DNA of 35,907 bases from Candidatus Galligastranaerophilus gallistercoris (GTDB taxonomy: Bacteria > Cyanobacteriota > Vampirovibrionia > Gastranaerophilales > Gastranaerophilaceae). Below the pieces are notes generated by a model that was not told the DNA's origin, searched no databases, and saw only the letters and a list, made by a program, of their open reading frames with translations. Below, in pieces: positions 1 to 8,747 of the stretch. A program made the position numbers and the translations under genes. The stretch is from contig DVJH01000004.1 in the NCBI GenBank assembly GCA_018710795.1, positions 1 to 35,907 on the forward strand, written 5' to 3'. Position 1 is the first letter of the stretch, and every line of letters begins with the position of its first letter.

Positions 1-22
1 TTGTTAACCCCCTTTGAATACA

Positions 23-62
23 AAATGCCCCTTTGTCTGAAAAAAAGGGGCATTTATTTTTT
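23..62. terminator. Hairpin terminator with a 12-bp perfect stem, probably bidirectional
   Basis: AAATGCCCCTTT (23-34) pairs perfectly with AAAGGGGCATTT (44-55) around a 9-nt loop. On the + strand it is followed by ATTTTTT (56-62). It lies 17 nt beyond the stop (72-74) of the minus-strand ADH gene. Confidence 0.6.
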
Positions 63-71
63 CTGCCGGGT

Positions 72-1238
72 TTAAATTGCATTTATTAAAATTGTTTTGA
101 TGTCCTCTTTTGTCATAACTTTATATGCCCCGTTTGAAACAAAACAGGTTTCCGCAATTTTTTCCAATTCTTCGGCGTTTGTTACTCCAAGTTCGCTTAA
201 TTTTGTCGTTGCGCCTATATTTTTGAAAAATTCTTCAAGTTTATCTATTCCTTCAAGTGCAATTTCTTTATCTGTCTTACCCTCAGGGTTAACGTCAAAT
301 ACATTGATTGCAAACTTTTTAAATTTGGATAAGCCGTAATCCAGAATATGTCTGTAATATGAGGGAGATATTGCAGCCAGCCCCATACCATGGGTAACGT
401 CATAATATGCACTTATTTGATGTTCAATGTTATGTACTTCCCAGTCTCCTTTTTTTGAGCAGGAAATAAGAGTGTTAAGCGCAAGCGTTGCCGCCCACAT
501 AATGTTTCCCCTTGCGTTATAATCCTTAGGGTTTTTGACGCAAATATAAGCATTTTTTATGATATTTTTCATTAAAGCTTCCGATAAATCATCCGAAACG
601 TTATCTTCATTTGATTCTGAAAAATATTGTTCCATAATATGGCTCATCATATCGCAAATTCCGCTTACCATTTGAAATTCCGACAATGAATATGTGTATT
701 CGGGGTTTAAAATCGAAAAATCGGGAAGCATATTGGGATAAACCACGCCCGTTTTGATTTTAACATCTTCATTTGTAATAACCGATCCGCCGTTCATCTC
801 GGAGCCTGTACCTACCATTGTAACAATCGTTCCGAACGGGATTTTTTTCTTCGGAATATTATAATTCATATAAAAATAATCCCAAAAATCAACATCATTG
901 GCAGAGCCCATAGAGACCGCCTTGACGCAATCCATTGTGGAGCCGCCTCCGACTGCCAGAATAAAATCGACATTATTTTCTCTGACCAGCTTTATGCCTT
1001 CTTTTACTTTGGCGGCTGTCGGGTTCGGCATAATTCCCGAAAATTCCACAACGTTTTTATTGGCATCTTTAAAAATTTTTATTAACTCATCATAAAGGCC
1101 GATTTTTTTAATCGCCCCCTTGCCGTATGCAAGCATTATTGTCTTTCCGTAATGTTTTAATTCTTCTTTTAAATTTTCAAGTGCGCTTTTTCCGAAATAA
1201 ATTTTTGTCGGATTGTGAAAACAAAAATCAAACTCCAT
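72..1238 (-). CDS. Iron-containing (group III) alcohol dehydrogenase, butanol/1,3-propanediol dehydrogenase-like
   Basis: 388-aa ORF. GGGSTMDC motif and histidine-rich metal site (HNIEHQISAYYDVTHGMG) typical of Fe-ADHs. AAAGGAGG Shine-Dalgarno just upstream of the ATG at 1238. Last gene of the TetR operon. Confidence 0.85.
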   Translation of the reverse strand: MEFDFCFHNPTKIYFGKSALENLKEELKHYGKTIMLAYGKGAIKKIGLYDELIKIFKDANKNVVEFSGIMPNPTAAKVKEGIKLVRENNVDFILAVGGGSTMDCVKAVSMGSANDVDFWDYFYMNYNIPKKKIPFGTIVTMVGTGSEMNGGSVITNEDVKIKTGVVYPNMLPDFSILNPEYTYSLSEFQMVSGICDMMSHIMEQYFSESNEDNVSDDLSEALMKNIIKNAYICVKNPKDYNARGNIMWAATLALNTLISCSKKGDWEVHNIEHQISAYYDVTHGMGLAAISPSYYRHILDYGLSKFKKFAINVFDVNPEGKTDKEIALEGIDKLEEFFKNIGATTKLSELGVTNAEELEKIAETCFVSNGAYKVMTKEDIKTILINAI

Positions 1239-1249
1239 TTTTACCTCCT

Positions 1250-2086
1250 TTAATAATTTATTATATACTCTGCAAATTTCGGATCATAATGATTTACAAA
1301 TAAACTTTCGCCTTTGTCGAGATTTTTTAATGTTTCCATATCCTCTTTTGAAAGTTCAAAATCAAATATATTAAAGTTTTCTGCCATTCTTTCTTTATGT
1401 GTTGATTTTGGAATAACTATAACATCTTCCTGCGTTAAAAATCTTAAAGCGGTTTGTGCAGCGGTTTTACCGTATTTTGCGCCGATTGATTTTAGAATTT
1501 CATTATTGAAAAAGTTATTTTCTCCTCTTGCCATGGGCGACCAGGACATTAATCGGGTGCCGAATTTTTGCATATATTCCCTTAATACTTTTTGCTGTTG
1601 AAATACATGGGTTTCCATTTGATTTATCATCGGTTTGATTTCAACAAAATTGCAAAGGTCAATGTATCTGTCGGGGAAGAAGTTGCTGACGCCGATTGCA
1701 CGTGCTTTTCCTTCCATATAAGCTCTCTGCATTGCCCGATACGTTCCGTAATAATCACCAAACGGCTGATGAATTAAGATTAAATCAACATAATCGGTTT
1801 TAAGTTTTTTTAATGATTCATCAATTGATTTGTACGCTTTTTCTTCGCCCGAATTTGTTATCCAGACTTTGGTTACAAGGAAAAATTCTTCTCTTTTTAT
1901 TCCCGATTTTTTAATCGCTTCGCCGACGCCTTCTTCGTTGTAATAAGCCTGAGCGGTGTCAATCATTCTGTAACCGGTATTAATTGCATCGGTTACGCAT
2001 CTTTCGCATTCTTTGGGGTCTACAAGAAAAACCCCGTAACCTAAAATCGGCATTTCGATACCGTTATTTAATTTAACCGTTTGCAT
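1250..2086 (-). CDS. Aldo/keto reductase (2,5-diketo-D-gluconate reductase-like, short type)
   Basis: 278 aa. N-terminus LNNGIEMPILGYGVF, IDTAQAYYNEE and later motifs match the AKR fold. AAGGAG SD upstream. Confidence 0.85.
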   Translation of the reverse strand: MQTVKLNNGIEMPILGYGVFLVDPKECERCVTDAINTGYRMIDTAQAYYNEEGVGEAIKKSGIKREEFFLVTKVWITNSGEEKAYKSIDESLKKLKTDYVDLILIHQPFGDYYGTYRAMQRAYMEGKARAIGVSNFFPDRYIDLCNFVEIKPMINQMETHVFQQQKVLREYMQKFGTRLMSWSPMARGENNFFNNEILKSIGAKYGKTAAQTALRFLTQEDVIVIPKSTHKERMAENFNIFDFELSKEDMETLKNLDKGESLFVNHYDPKFAEYIINY

Positions 2087-2098
2087 AATTTATTCTCC

Positions 2099-3103
2099 TT
2101 AATTGTTAAAATCCATTGCTTTAACACTGCCTAATTTGTGAATATCTTCATCGGTTCTGTTGCCGTAAATTGTTATTTTATTCAATTCTTTTTCAATATT
2201 TTTAAATTCTTCATCGGTTAAAATAACATCGGCAGCACCCAAGTTTTCAATAACTCTTTCATCTTTTCTCATCCCCGGAATCGGTACGACATTGGGGTAT
2301 TTATGAAGCATCCATGCTAAAGAAATTTGCGCGGGTGTTATTCCTTTTTTGTTTGCAACTTCGTTTAACAAATCCAGCAAGGGCTGATTTTTTTCGACAT
2401 TTTCCGGGTTAAACCTTGTAATTACCCTTCTTACGTCATCTCCTTTGTATTGAGTATTCTTATTGTATTTGCCCGATAAAAATCCGCTTGCCATGGGAGA
2501 AAATGCAACAAAACCTATATTTAATTCAAGACATTTGGGGATAACATCTTTTTCAAACATTCTCTCCATCATTGAATATTCGGATTGAATTGCGCTTAAA
2601 GGTGTTATTTTATGCGCTCTTATAATTTGTTCGACCGTCGATTGGGATTGCCCCCAGGCTCTTATTTTCCCTTCTTTTATAAATTCGCCCATAATGCCTG
2701 CAACTTCTTCAACGTTTGAATCTTTCGGGACTCTATGCTCATAATAAATATCGATATAATCCGTCTGCAATCTTTTCAGGGAATCATTAAGAGCGTTTGT
2801 TATTCCTTTTTTGGACAGTTTTCCTTCGGGAATTTCTTGCCCCGGCTGAAATACGGGAACAAATTTTGTCGTTAAAATAATTTTATCTCTGAAGGGTTTA
2901 ACTGCTTTTCCGACCAGAGTTTCATTTGTATAAGGTCCGTACGCTTCTGCGGTGTCAAACAATGTACACCCCAAATCATAAGCTTTTCTTATAAGTCTTA
3001 TTGATTCTTCTTCAGGGGGCAGTTCCCCGTAACCGTGGGAAAAACCCATGCACCCCATACCAATTGCGGATACTTCAATATCTCTTAATTTTCTTTTTTG
3101 CAT
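2099..3103 (-). CDS. Aldo/keto reductase (long type, about 330 aa)
   Basis: 334 aa. GMGCMGFSHGYG, FDTAEAYGPYTNE and YIDIYYEHR motifs are typical of the AKR superfamily. AAAGGA SD upstream. Confidence 0.85.
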   Translation of the reverse strand: MQKRKLRDIEVSAIGMGCMGFSHGYGELPPEEESIRLIRKAYDLGCTLFDTAEAYGPYTNETLVGKAVKPFRDKIILTTKFVPVFQPGQEIPEGKLSKKGITNALNDSLKRLQTDYIDIYYEHRVPKDSNVEEVAGIMGEFIKEGKIRAWGQSQSTVEQIIRAHKITPLSAIQSEYSMMERMFEKDVIPKCLELNIGFVAFSPMASGFLSGKYNKNTQYKGDDVRRVITRFNPENVEKNQPLLDLLNEVANKKGITPAQISLAWMLHKYPNVVPIPGMRKDERVIENLGAADVILTDEEFKNIEKELNKITIYGNRTDEDIHKLGSVKAMDFNN

Positions 3104-3116
3104 AAATTTATCCTTT

Positions 3117-3719
3117 CTATATAAGATACGGCCTCAATATACATTCAAGCTGGATTTTACAAAATTTTTCCGTCCAATCCAGAGGTTCAAATTTTCTATC
3201 CGACATGCACCAGCAGGTCATCATTCCGTATAATTCGGAAATTATAATGTGCGAGATAAGTTCAATCGGCGTATCTTTTTTTAATTCTTTATTTTTGACC
3301 GCTTTATCAAGAATATTTTTCAACATTTCAAAATCATATTTCCATTTTTGCCCGTCTTTATCATCGGGAACATTATTCGGGTCTATAACATCTCTTATCC
3401 ACTGGCGGCAGGTGTGAATTCCCGCCGATTCGACACATTCCATAAAACGATGAAAATAGCGGGTTAATTTTTCCGTCAGGTTTTTATTTTCGGTTTGTTC
3501 AAGCTCGATTTGTATTTCTAAAAAAGGCGCCCTGCTTATTTCTAAAACAATGTCCTCTTTTCTTTTAAAGTATGTATAAAATGTCCCTTTGGCGACGCCC
3601 GCCGCTTTTGTGATTTCTTCAACGTTAATTGAATCGAAACCTTTATCCCTTAAAAGATTAAGCGCCGTTTTTATAAGTTTTTTTCTTGTGTTTCGGGCGG
3701 ATATTTGCCTTTTATTCAT
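3117..3719 (-). CDS. TetR/AcrR family transcriptional regulator
   Basis: N-terminal HTH (INVEEITKAAGVAKGTFYTYFKRKEDI) is a classic TetR signature. The ORF track starts at 3743, but AAAGGAG sits just upstream of the internal ATG at 3717-3719 (MNKRQ...), so I call the shorter form. First gene of the operon; 13-nt gap to the next gene. Confidence 0.8.
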   Translation of the reverse strand: MNKRQISARNTRKKLIKTALNLLRDKGFDSINVEEITKAAGVAKGTFYTYFKRKEDIVLEISRAPFLEIQIELEQTENKNLTEKLTRYFHRFMECVESAGIHTCRQWIRDVIDPNNVPDDKDGQKWKYDFEMLKNILDKAVKNKELKKDTPIELISHIIISELYGMMTCWCMSDRKFEPLDWTEKFCKIQLECILRPYLI

Positions 3720-3754
3720 CGTTGCTCCTTTCGATAATTTCATTATACTATATG

Positions 3755-3783
3755 TTGACTAAAAGTCAATGACTATTAGTCAA
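3755..3783. promoter_or_regulatory. Two tandem 15-bp palindromic operator-like sites (candidate TetR operators)
   Basis: TTGACT-AAA-AGTCAA (3755-3769) is followed directly by aTGACT-ATT-AGTCAA (3769-3783), sharing one A. Both lie in the divergent intergenic region between tetR (start 3719) and the cupin gene (start 3875). Confidence 0.5.
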
Positions 3784-3874
3784 TAAAAATTAATCTGCCC
3801 GAAATGATTATATTCAGGCGGATATAAAAATTATTGATTTATAAAATTAAAATATTTTTAAAAAGGAGAAAAAT

Positions 3875-4180
3875 ATGTTCTATAACGTACTTAAAGCGGA
3901 TGATGTCGTTGAATTTGAAAACGAAAAATTTGAGCATAAAACACTTTTGGAAAACGATAATTCAAGCGTAAATATCGTTGCAATTAAAAAAGATGAAATA
4001 ATAGATACCCATACGTCAATTTCAGACGCTCTTGTTTATGTTTTGGAAGGCAAAATCGAACTTCATTTTGACGCTCAAAAGTTTACTTTAAATAAAGGCG
4101 AAATTTTAATGTTTAAAAAAGATGCGGAGCATAAAGTTTTGGCGCTTAAGGATTCAAAGTTTTTTATAATTAAAATTTAA
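3875..4180 (+). CDS. Small cupin-domain protein
   Basis: 101 aa. HTSISDALVYVLEGKIELHF ... GEILMFKKDAEHKV fits the two-motif cupin_2 pattern. AAGGAG (3863-3868) lies 6 nt upstream of the ATG. Confidence 0.6.
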   Translation: MFYNVLKADDVVEFENEKFEHKTLLENDNSSVNIVAIKKDEIIDTHTSISDALVYVLEGKIELHFDAQKFTLNKGEILMFKKDAEHKVLALKDSKFFIIKI

Positions 4181-5103
4181 TCGTCTTCATTGTAATAACA
4201 GCGGTTATATAAATATTGCAAGTATTCTTCATCGTTTTTAAACCGGCTTAATATTTTCGGGTCTTTTTCTTTGGCAATAATGTTAAACTTCGGAGAATAA
4301 AACCCCGCCGCTTCAAAAAAATCGGGAATGGCGCACAGCCCTTCATTATACATATCAAAATCGCCGATTGTTATTCTTGAAGAAAAATCAAGCGTATCTT
4401 TCATTTTTTTAACCGTTTGAAAAATTTGTTCTTGGCTCATATATCGCCAAAAATTTCTGCATAAAATTAAAGAATTTGAACCTTCAACATCTTCAATTTT
4501 TCTTGAAATATCGCCCGTGTTAAATATTACGTTATCTCTCAGGACGGGTTTTGCTTCAAGGGTATATGTATCCGTTTTTTTATTGTGCGCTAAAACGGTA
4601 AAATATTTATCGGGGTTATTGTTTGTATGTTCGTTGATTTTTTTCATATCATCCCCGTCGCATTTAATTTTACCCGTTCTTGCGCTCCTTATGATATAAG
4701 GGTCGATGTCGTATGCATATACGGGTAAGAATCTTTTTGCATTTTCTTCTCCCAGATTTTCAATTAAGCTTATAATGAGAGAATAAGCTTCGGAACCGTC
4801 AGAACATCCGAAATCATAAACGTTCACTTTTCCTTTGAATTCTTCATCAAGATATTTTGCAAATTCATTCCACCCCGCACCAAAATATCCCGTTATATCT
4901 CCTCTGAAAAAATTTGTTTTATTTGAATTAACGATTCTGACACAATTATAATTCGGATTTATTCCGTCCATAAAGCTTATGTAATCTTCAAAAACGGAAT
5001 AATAAGGACGAAGATATTCTCCAGTCGCTTTATTATAATATCTTGTTCTCTCGCTTGATTTAAAGCTTGTCTGTTTGGGGTATATAATCGGTGATATTTT
5101 CAT
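4177..5103 (-). CDS. CheR-like SAM-dependent methyltransferase
   Basis: 308 aa. VYDFGCSDGSEAYSL matches the CheR motif (iWsaGCStGEEaYSl). YAYDIDPYIIRSARTGKI matches atDId..l..Ar.G.Y. LILCRNFWRYM matches CRNVlIYF. No clear SD. 28 nt downstream of the acyltransferase gene. Confidence 0.65.
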   Translation of the reverse strand: MKISPIIYPKQTSFKSSERTRYYNKATGEYLRPYYSVFEDYISFMDGINPNYNCVRIVNSNKTNFFRGDITGYFGAGWNEFAKYLDEEFKGKVNVYDFGCSDGSEAYSLIISLIENLGEENAKRFLPVYAYDIDPYIIRSARTGKIKCDGDDMKKINEHTNNNPDKYFTVLAHNKKTDTYTLEAKPVLRDNVIFNTGDISRKIEDVEGSNSLILCRNFWRYMSQEQIFQTVKKMKDTLDFSSRITIGDFDMYNEGLCAIPDFFEAAGFYSPKFNIIAKEKDPKILSRFKNDEEYLQYLYNRCYYNEDD

Positions 5104-5131
5104 GATGCTTTAATAAAAAGCGGAAATAAAA

Positions 5132-6193
5132 TTATTTGTTAAAACTTAAAAACTTCTTTTTTAGAAATTTTAAAAATTCACCGAAATATGTTGTTATGAT
5201 AACCCCTGTAATAAAATAAAAATACGTTGTTTTGAGAGGATAATAAAACCAGTAAATATCGGCGTTGTTTTTAACATCAAAAGGAATGCCTTTAAAATAT
5301 AAAAACAAGTATGTAATAACATTAAAAACAAGCAGATGATTTGCCATTATGTGATATGTATTTTGCCCTATTTTATGCAAAAAAGTCCAATTTTTAATTT
5401 TATCGTAAAAAACGTCAATTAAAAATAAACTCATCCAAATCCCCGTTAAACTTGTTAAAATCGGAACAATAAAATTGTCAAATTCACCCCAGACAAGAAT
5501 ATAACTTAAACCGATACCATCTTGCGGTGTAAAATCTTTGTTTGTAAGCCATAGAATTGATTGAAGAATAATGACAAATAAAAATATTTTATAATTAAAG
5601 ATATCAAATTTTCCTTCAATTTTATTTTTATATAAAGCCCCCAGATGAATAAACAACAATGAAAACATTGTTCTTAAAAGAAGAAGAATATAAAGATTAT
5701 CCGCATATTTTTGCAATTGAATCGCAAAAAGGGCGAAAATAAAGTAAAAAACAAGTTTAACCGTTTCATTTATTTTGATTTTATCTAAAATTTTATAAAC
5801 GATTAAAGTTATAAACAATTGCGGCACAAACCACAGGGGTGATGTTAAATCAATCTGGTGCCCCGTTAAAAAAGGCATTAAAAATTCATTCTTGATTGTT
5901 ACGGGCATTGCCCAGAATTTTTGAACATAAGGGGCAATTAAAACCGTAATTCCCAAATAAATAAAAGAATAAATAAAATAAGGAATCATAAGGCTTTTTA
6001 TTCTTCTTTTCAAAAATTCAAAGAATGTATATTTTCCGTTAAATAATATCCCCGCTATAAAGAAAAATAAAACAACCTGAAAAGAATACGGCGGAAATAA
6101 AGGTATTAAGGAAAATTCCAGATGTCCCGATACCACGATTAAAATTGCAAGCGCTTTTAAAAGATTGATTTTGTTATTAAAAACTTCTGCCAT
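5132..6193 (-). CDS. Acyltransferase family 3 integral membrane protein
   Basis: 353 aa, about 10 hydrophobic helices. The N-terminal LLKALAILIVVSGHL motif is typical of acyltransferase_3 O-acyltransferases. Confidence 0.7.
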   Translation of the reverse strand: MAEVFNNKINLLKALAILIVVSGHLEFSLIPLFPPYSFQVVLFFFIAGILFNGKYTFFEFLKRRIKSLMIPYFIYSFIYLGITVLIAPYVQKFWAMPVTIKNEFLMPFLTGHQIDLTSPLWFVPQLFITLIVYKILDKIKINETVKLVFYFIFALFAIQLQKYADNLYILLLLRTMFSLLFIHLGALYKNKIEGKFDIFNYKIFLFVIILQSILWLTNKDFTPQDGIGLSYILVWGEFDNFIVPILTSLTGIWMSLFLIDVFYDKIKNWTFLHKIGQNTYHIMANHLLVFNVITYLFLYFKGIPFDVKNNADIYWFYYPLKTTYFYFITGVIITTYFGEFLKFLKKKFLSFNK

Positions 6194-6272
6194 AAATACA
6201 CCAAATGCATTTTAATTCTGTCCGCAAAATATGATATTATAAACCCGAGAAAAAAGAAAATTTTTGGGTATT

Positions 6273-7436
6273 ATGAACGAAAAAGAATATTTTAAGCTTG
6301 AAGCGGAAAAAGAAAGAGGCTTTTATCAAAATTATCGGGAAAATGTTGCCCCCGTTCTTGAAAAATATGAACCTGAAAGAAAACAAAAACTGCATATTTT
6401 TATTTTTGTTGAATTGTTTCTTATTGCAATTTCCGCCGTATCCATATATTATATCTGGATAAATATCCTTGAAGATATGAACAGCACCTGGTTTGCGATA
6501 ATGGCAATTTTAATGATTGCCAATATTTTTATTGCAATAATAGGTCTTGTTTTTTGCGGATTTCATTTATCTTTTTCCAAAAAAATAAAAAAGCTTTGTC
6601 TGAAAAAAATTCTTTTGCCTCTGGGGGATTTTGCAATAACCGAAGGAGAAAACGATGTTTGTCTTGATGCCATAAGACAAAGCAATATGTTTTATAATTT
6701 TAATTACGTGAAAAACGATGACGTTTTTAAAGGTTCCATAGAAGGCAAAAATTTTAACGTAATTGAAGCCGACCTTCAGGTTGTCGGAAACAGATCAAAC
6801 CGTTCCGTTTTTGACGGAGTAATTATTCATACAAAAACGTCAAATATTTCGGATAACAGAATAATAATATATAAAAAAGGCACGGCTCTGAAAAAAACGA
6901 TTCAAAACCTTATACCCTCCCTTTTTATGGGTGTTTTTGTAATTTATATTTTATACCTGCTTGTTAAACTGCCCGCGGTTTCACCTGCTATGTCGATAAT
7001 AAAATATATAATCGGAATTTTTCTTATTGTCGTTTATTTTTGTTTATTGTCCGGGCAAAAAAGCCTGATGTCAAAGAAAACAAGCATAGGAGACGGGTAT
7101 GACAAGATAAAAAATCAATACGAGCTTGTTATGGAAAGCAGCGAAAACGACTGCAAAACAAATTTTGATTTCAATTCCGCAGACGAGCTTTTTACAAGAC
7201 TTGAAGAGTTAAAAAAAGCGTTCGGCGTCAAAAACGTTTCCCTTTCAATATACAAAGATGATGTAATTGTGGCTCTTTATGGTATGAAAAACTTTTTTGA
7301 AGTGGGGAGTATTTTCACTCCTTTGACTTCCGAAAAAATGATTAACGATTTATACGGACAGTTTATCTCAATACTTTTATTTGTTCTCTATATTAAACAA
7401 TTTTTTGATAAAGATAAAACGCCCGCAATAAATTAA
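6273..7436 (+). CDS. Membrane protein with two TM hairpins, paralog 1 of 3 (DUF3137-like, unverified)
   Basis: The ORF track begins at TTG 6264; I take the first ATG at 6273 (MNEKEY). Layout: about 45-aa N-terminal segment (..NYRENVAPVLEKYEPERK), TM hairpin, soluble middle with DDVFKGSIEGKNFNVIEADL...SVFDGVIIHTK, second TM hairpin, then a C-terminal domain of about 120 aa (LFTRLEELKKAFG...VIVALYG...FEVGSIF). The next two genes share this layout and these motifs. Confidence 0.6.
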   Translation: MNEKEYFKLEAEKERGFYQNYRENVAPVLEKYEPERKQKLHIFIFVELFLIAISAVSIYYIWINILEDMNSTWFAIMAILMIANIFIAIIGLVFCGFHLSFSKKIKKLCLKKILLPLGDFAITEGENDVCLDAIRQSNMFYNFNYVKNDDVFKGSIEGKNFNVIEADLQVVGNRSNRSVFDGVIIHTKTSNISDNRIIIYKKGTALKKTIQNLIPSLFMGVFVIYILYLLVKLPAVSPAMSIIKYIIGIFLIVVYFCLLSGQKSLMSKKTSIGDGYDKIKNQYELVMESSENDCKTNFDFNSADELFTRLEELKKAFGVKNVSLSIYKDDVIVALYGMKNFFEVGSIFTPLTSEKMINDLYGQFISILLFVLYIKQFFDKDKTPAIN

Positions 7437-7449
7437 GAAAGAAAACGGT

Positions 7450-7532
7450 ATGGAAAATAAATTATATGAGTGCGAAGAAAAATTTCAAAGCGATTTTGAT
7501 AAAAACTATAATGAAAAAATAAAGCCGTTTTT
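7450..7532 (+). repeat. 5-prime coding repeat, copy A (pairs with 8665-8747)
   Basis: 83 nt with only 2 mismatches to 8665-8747, including a 71-nt perfect run (7462-7532 = 8677-8747). The adjoining TM-coding DNA is strongly diverged. Confidence 0.9.
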
Positions 7533-8604
7533 GGAAACCTATGAAACAAAAAGAAAAAACATCCTTAAACGGGTAAAATTGAAATTATTCGGGATATATC
7601 TGCTTATTGTTATTGATATTGTTCTTTTTGTATATACCGCAACCCACACTCCCTATGACCCTGACGGCTCTAAAAACATTTTTGCTCCCCTTTTGGCGCT
7701 GCTTGTTTTTTGCGCATGGCGGGTATCTTCAAGCGCCGATGCAAAATTTGTTCATGAATTAAATGCCGCTTGTTTAAATGATGTTTTAAATATCTTTGGC
7801 GGCATTAAACCTGCTGAAACATCTTCAATCACGGATGATATGTTAAAACAATCGGGAGCGTTCGGTGAATATAATACAAGAAATGACCTTATCTCGTTTG
7901 AAGGCAGCCTTGCGGATAAACATTATGAAATTCTTCATACGAATTTATATCATAAATGCACCGCATATAAGAAAGACAGAAAAACATCAAATATTGAAGG
8001 TGTATTTTCGGGAATTTTAATACACATAAAATCAAATAAAAATATTAATAAAACAATTAAAATTGCGCCAAAAGGAACATACGGCAGCTTTGTTACGGAA
8101 CAGGGCGTGATTATGGGTTTTATTTTATGCGGAGCATATGCGGCCATGCTTTCCATTTACTATGTTCTTGAGTATAAATTAATGCAGGAGCTTAAAGAAT
8201 TTTTAGCCGTACTTTCAGCGGGGAGTTTTTTAATTATTATTTTGACGATAATAATTACAAACTGCATCATAAAAAAACATTCAAAAAACAGGCTTCAATA
8301 TGATAATAATTATGAAATTGAAACGTCGGATTCAACAGAAGCATTTATTCCCGAAACCTTTTTTGAATGTCTTGATAAAATAAAAACGGCGTTTAAAACG
8401 AAAACGGTAAAGTGTGTGATTTTCAGGGACAATATTTTAATTCAAATCCCGTTAACAAAAAGGTGTCTGTTGTTTGGAAGTTTATTTCGGGAACTTACGA
8501 AAAAAGAAGCTGTAGAAGCGCTTTTTAAAAGATTTTTGTCGATTTTTCTTACGGTTATGTTCATAAAACTTTCAAACGACAAAAACCCGCGTGCGGATAT
8601 TTAA
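7450..8604 (+). CDS. Membrane protein with two TM hairpins, paralog 2 of 3 (DUF3137-like, unverified)
   Basis: 384 aa. Same architecture as paralog 1. Motifs: NYNEKIKPFLETYETKRK, ISFEGSLADKHYEILHTNL, GVFSGILIHIKSNK, APKGT, NYEIETSD...FFECLDKIKTAF...DNILIQIP...GSLFRELTKKE. 13-nt gap from paralog 1. Confidence 0.65.
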   Translation: MENKLYECEEKFQSDFDKNYNEKIKPFLETYETKRKNILKRVKLKLFGIYLLIVIDIVLFVYTATHTPYDPDGSKNIFAPLLALLVFCAWRVSSSADAKFVHELNAACLNDVLNIFGGIKPAETSSITDDMLKQSGAFGEYNTRNDLISFEGSLADKHYEILHTNLYHKCTAYKKDRKTSNIEGVFSGILIHIKSNKNINKTIKIAPKGTYGSFVTEQGVIMGFILCGAYAAMLSIYYVLEYKLMQELKEFLAVLSAGSFLIIILTIIITNCIIKKHSKNRLQYDNNYEIETSDSTEAFIPETFFECLDKIKTAFKTKTVKCVIFRDNILIQIPLTKRCLLFGSLFRELTKKEAVEALFKRFLSIFLTVMFIKLSNDKNPRADI

Positions 8605-8664
8605 TTGATAAATATGAGGACACATTTTAAAATCAAAGATATTTTATTAAATGGAGTATAAAGT

Positions 8665-8747
8665 ATGGAAAACAATTTATATGAGTGCGAAGAAAAATTT
8701 CAAAGCGATTTTGATAAAAACTATAATGAAAAAATAAAGCCGTTTTT
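8665..8747 (+). repeat. 5-prime coding repeat, copy B (pairs with 7450-7532)
   Basis: See copy A. Direct nucleotide comparison by eye. Confidence 0.9.

Noticed and set aside
97-3417. Plus-strand ORFs of 60-95 aa antisense to the ADH, AKR and TetR genes
   Set aside because: These are shadow ORFs within confidently assigned minus-strand genes.
3720-3743. Eight-codon N-terminal extension of the TetR ORF
   Set aside because: The extension itself contains the AAAGGAG SD that serves the internal ATG at 3719.
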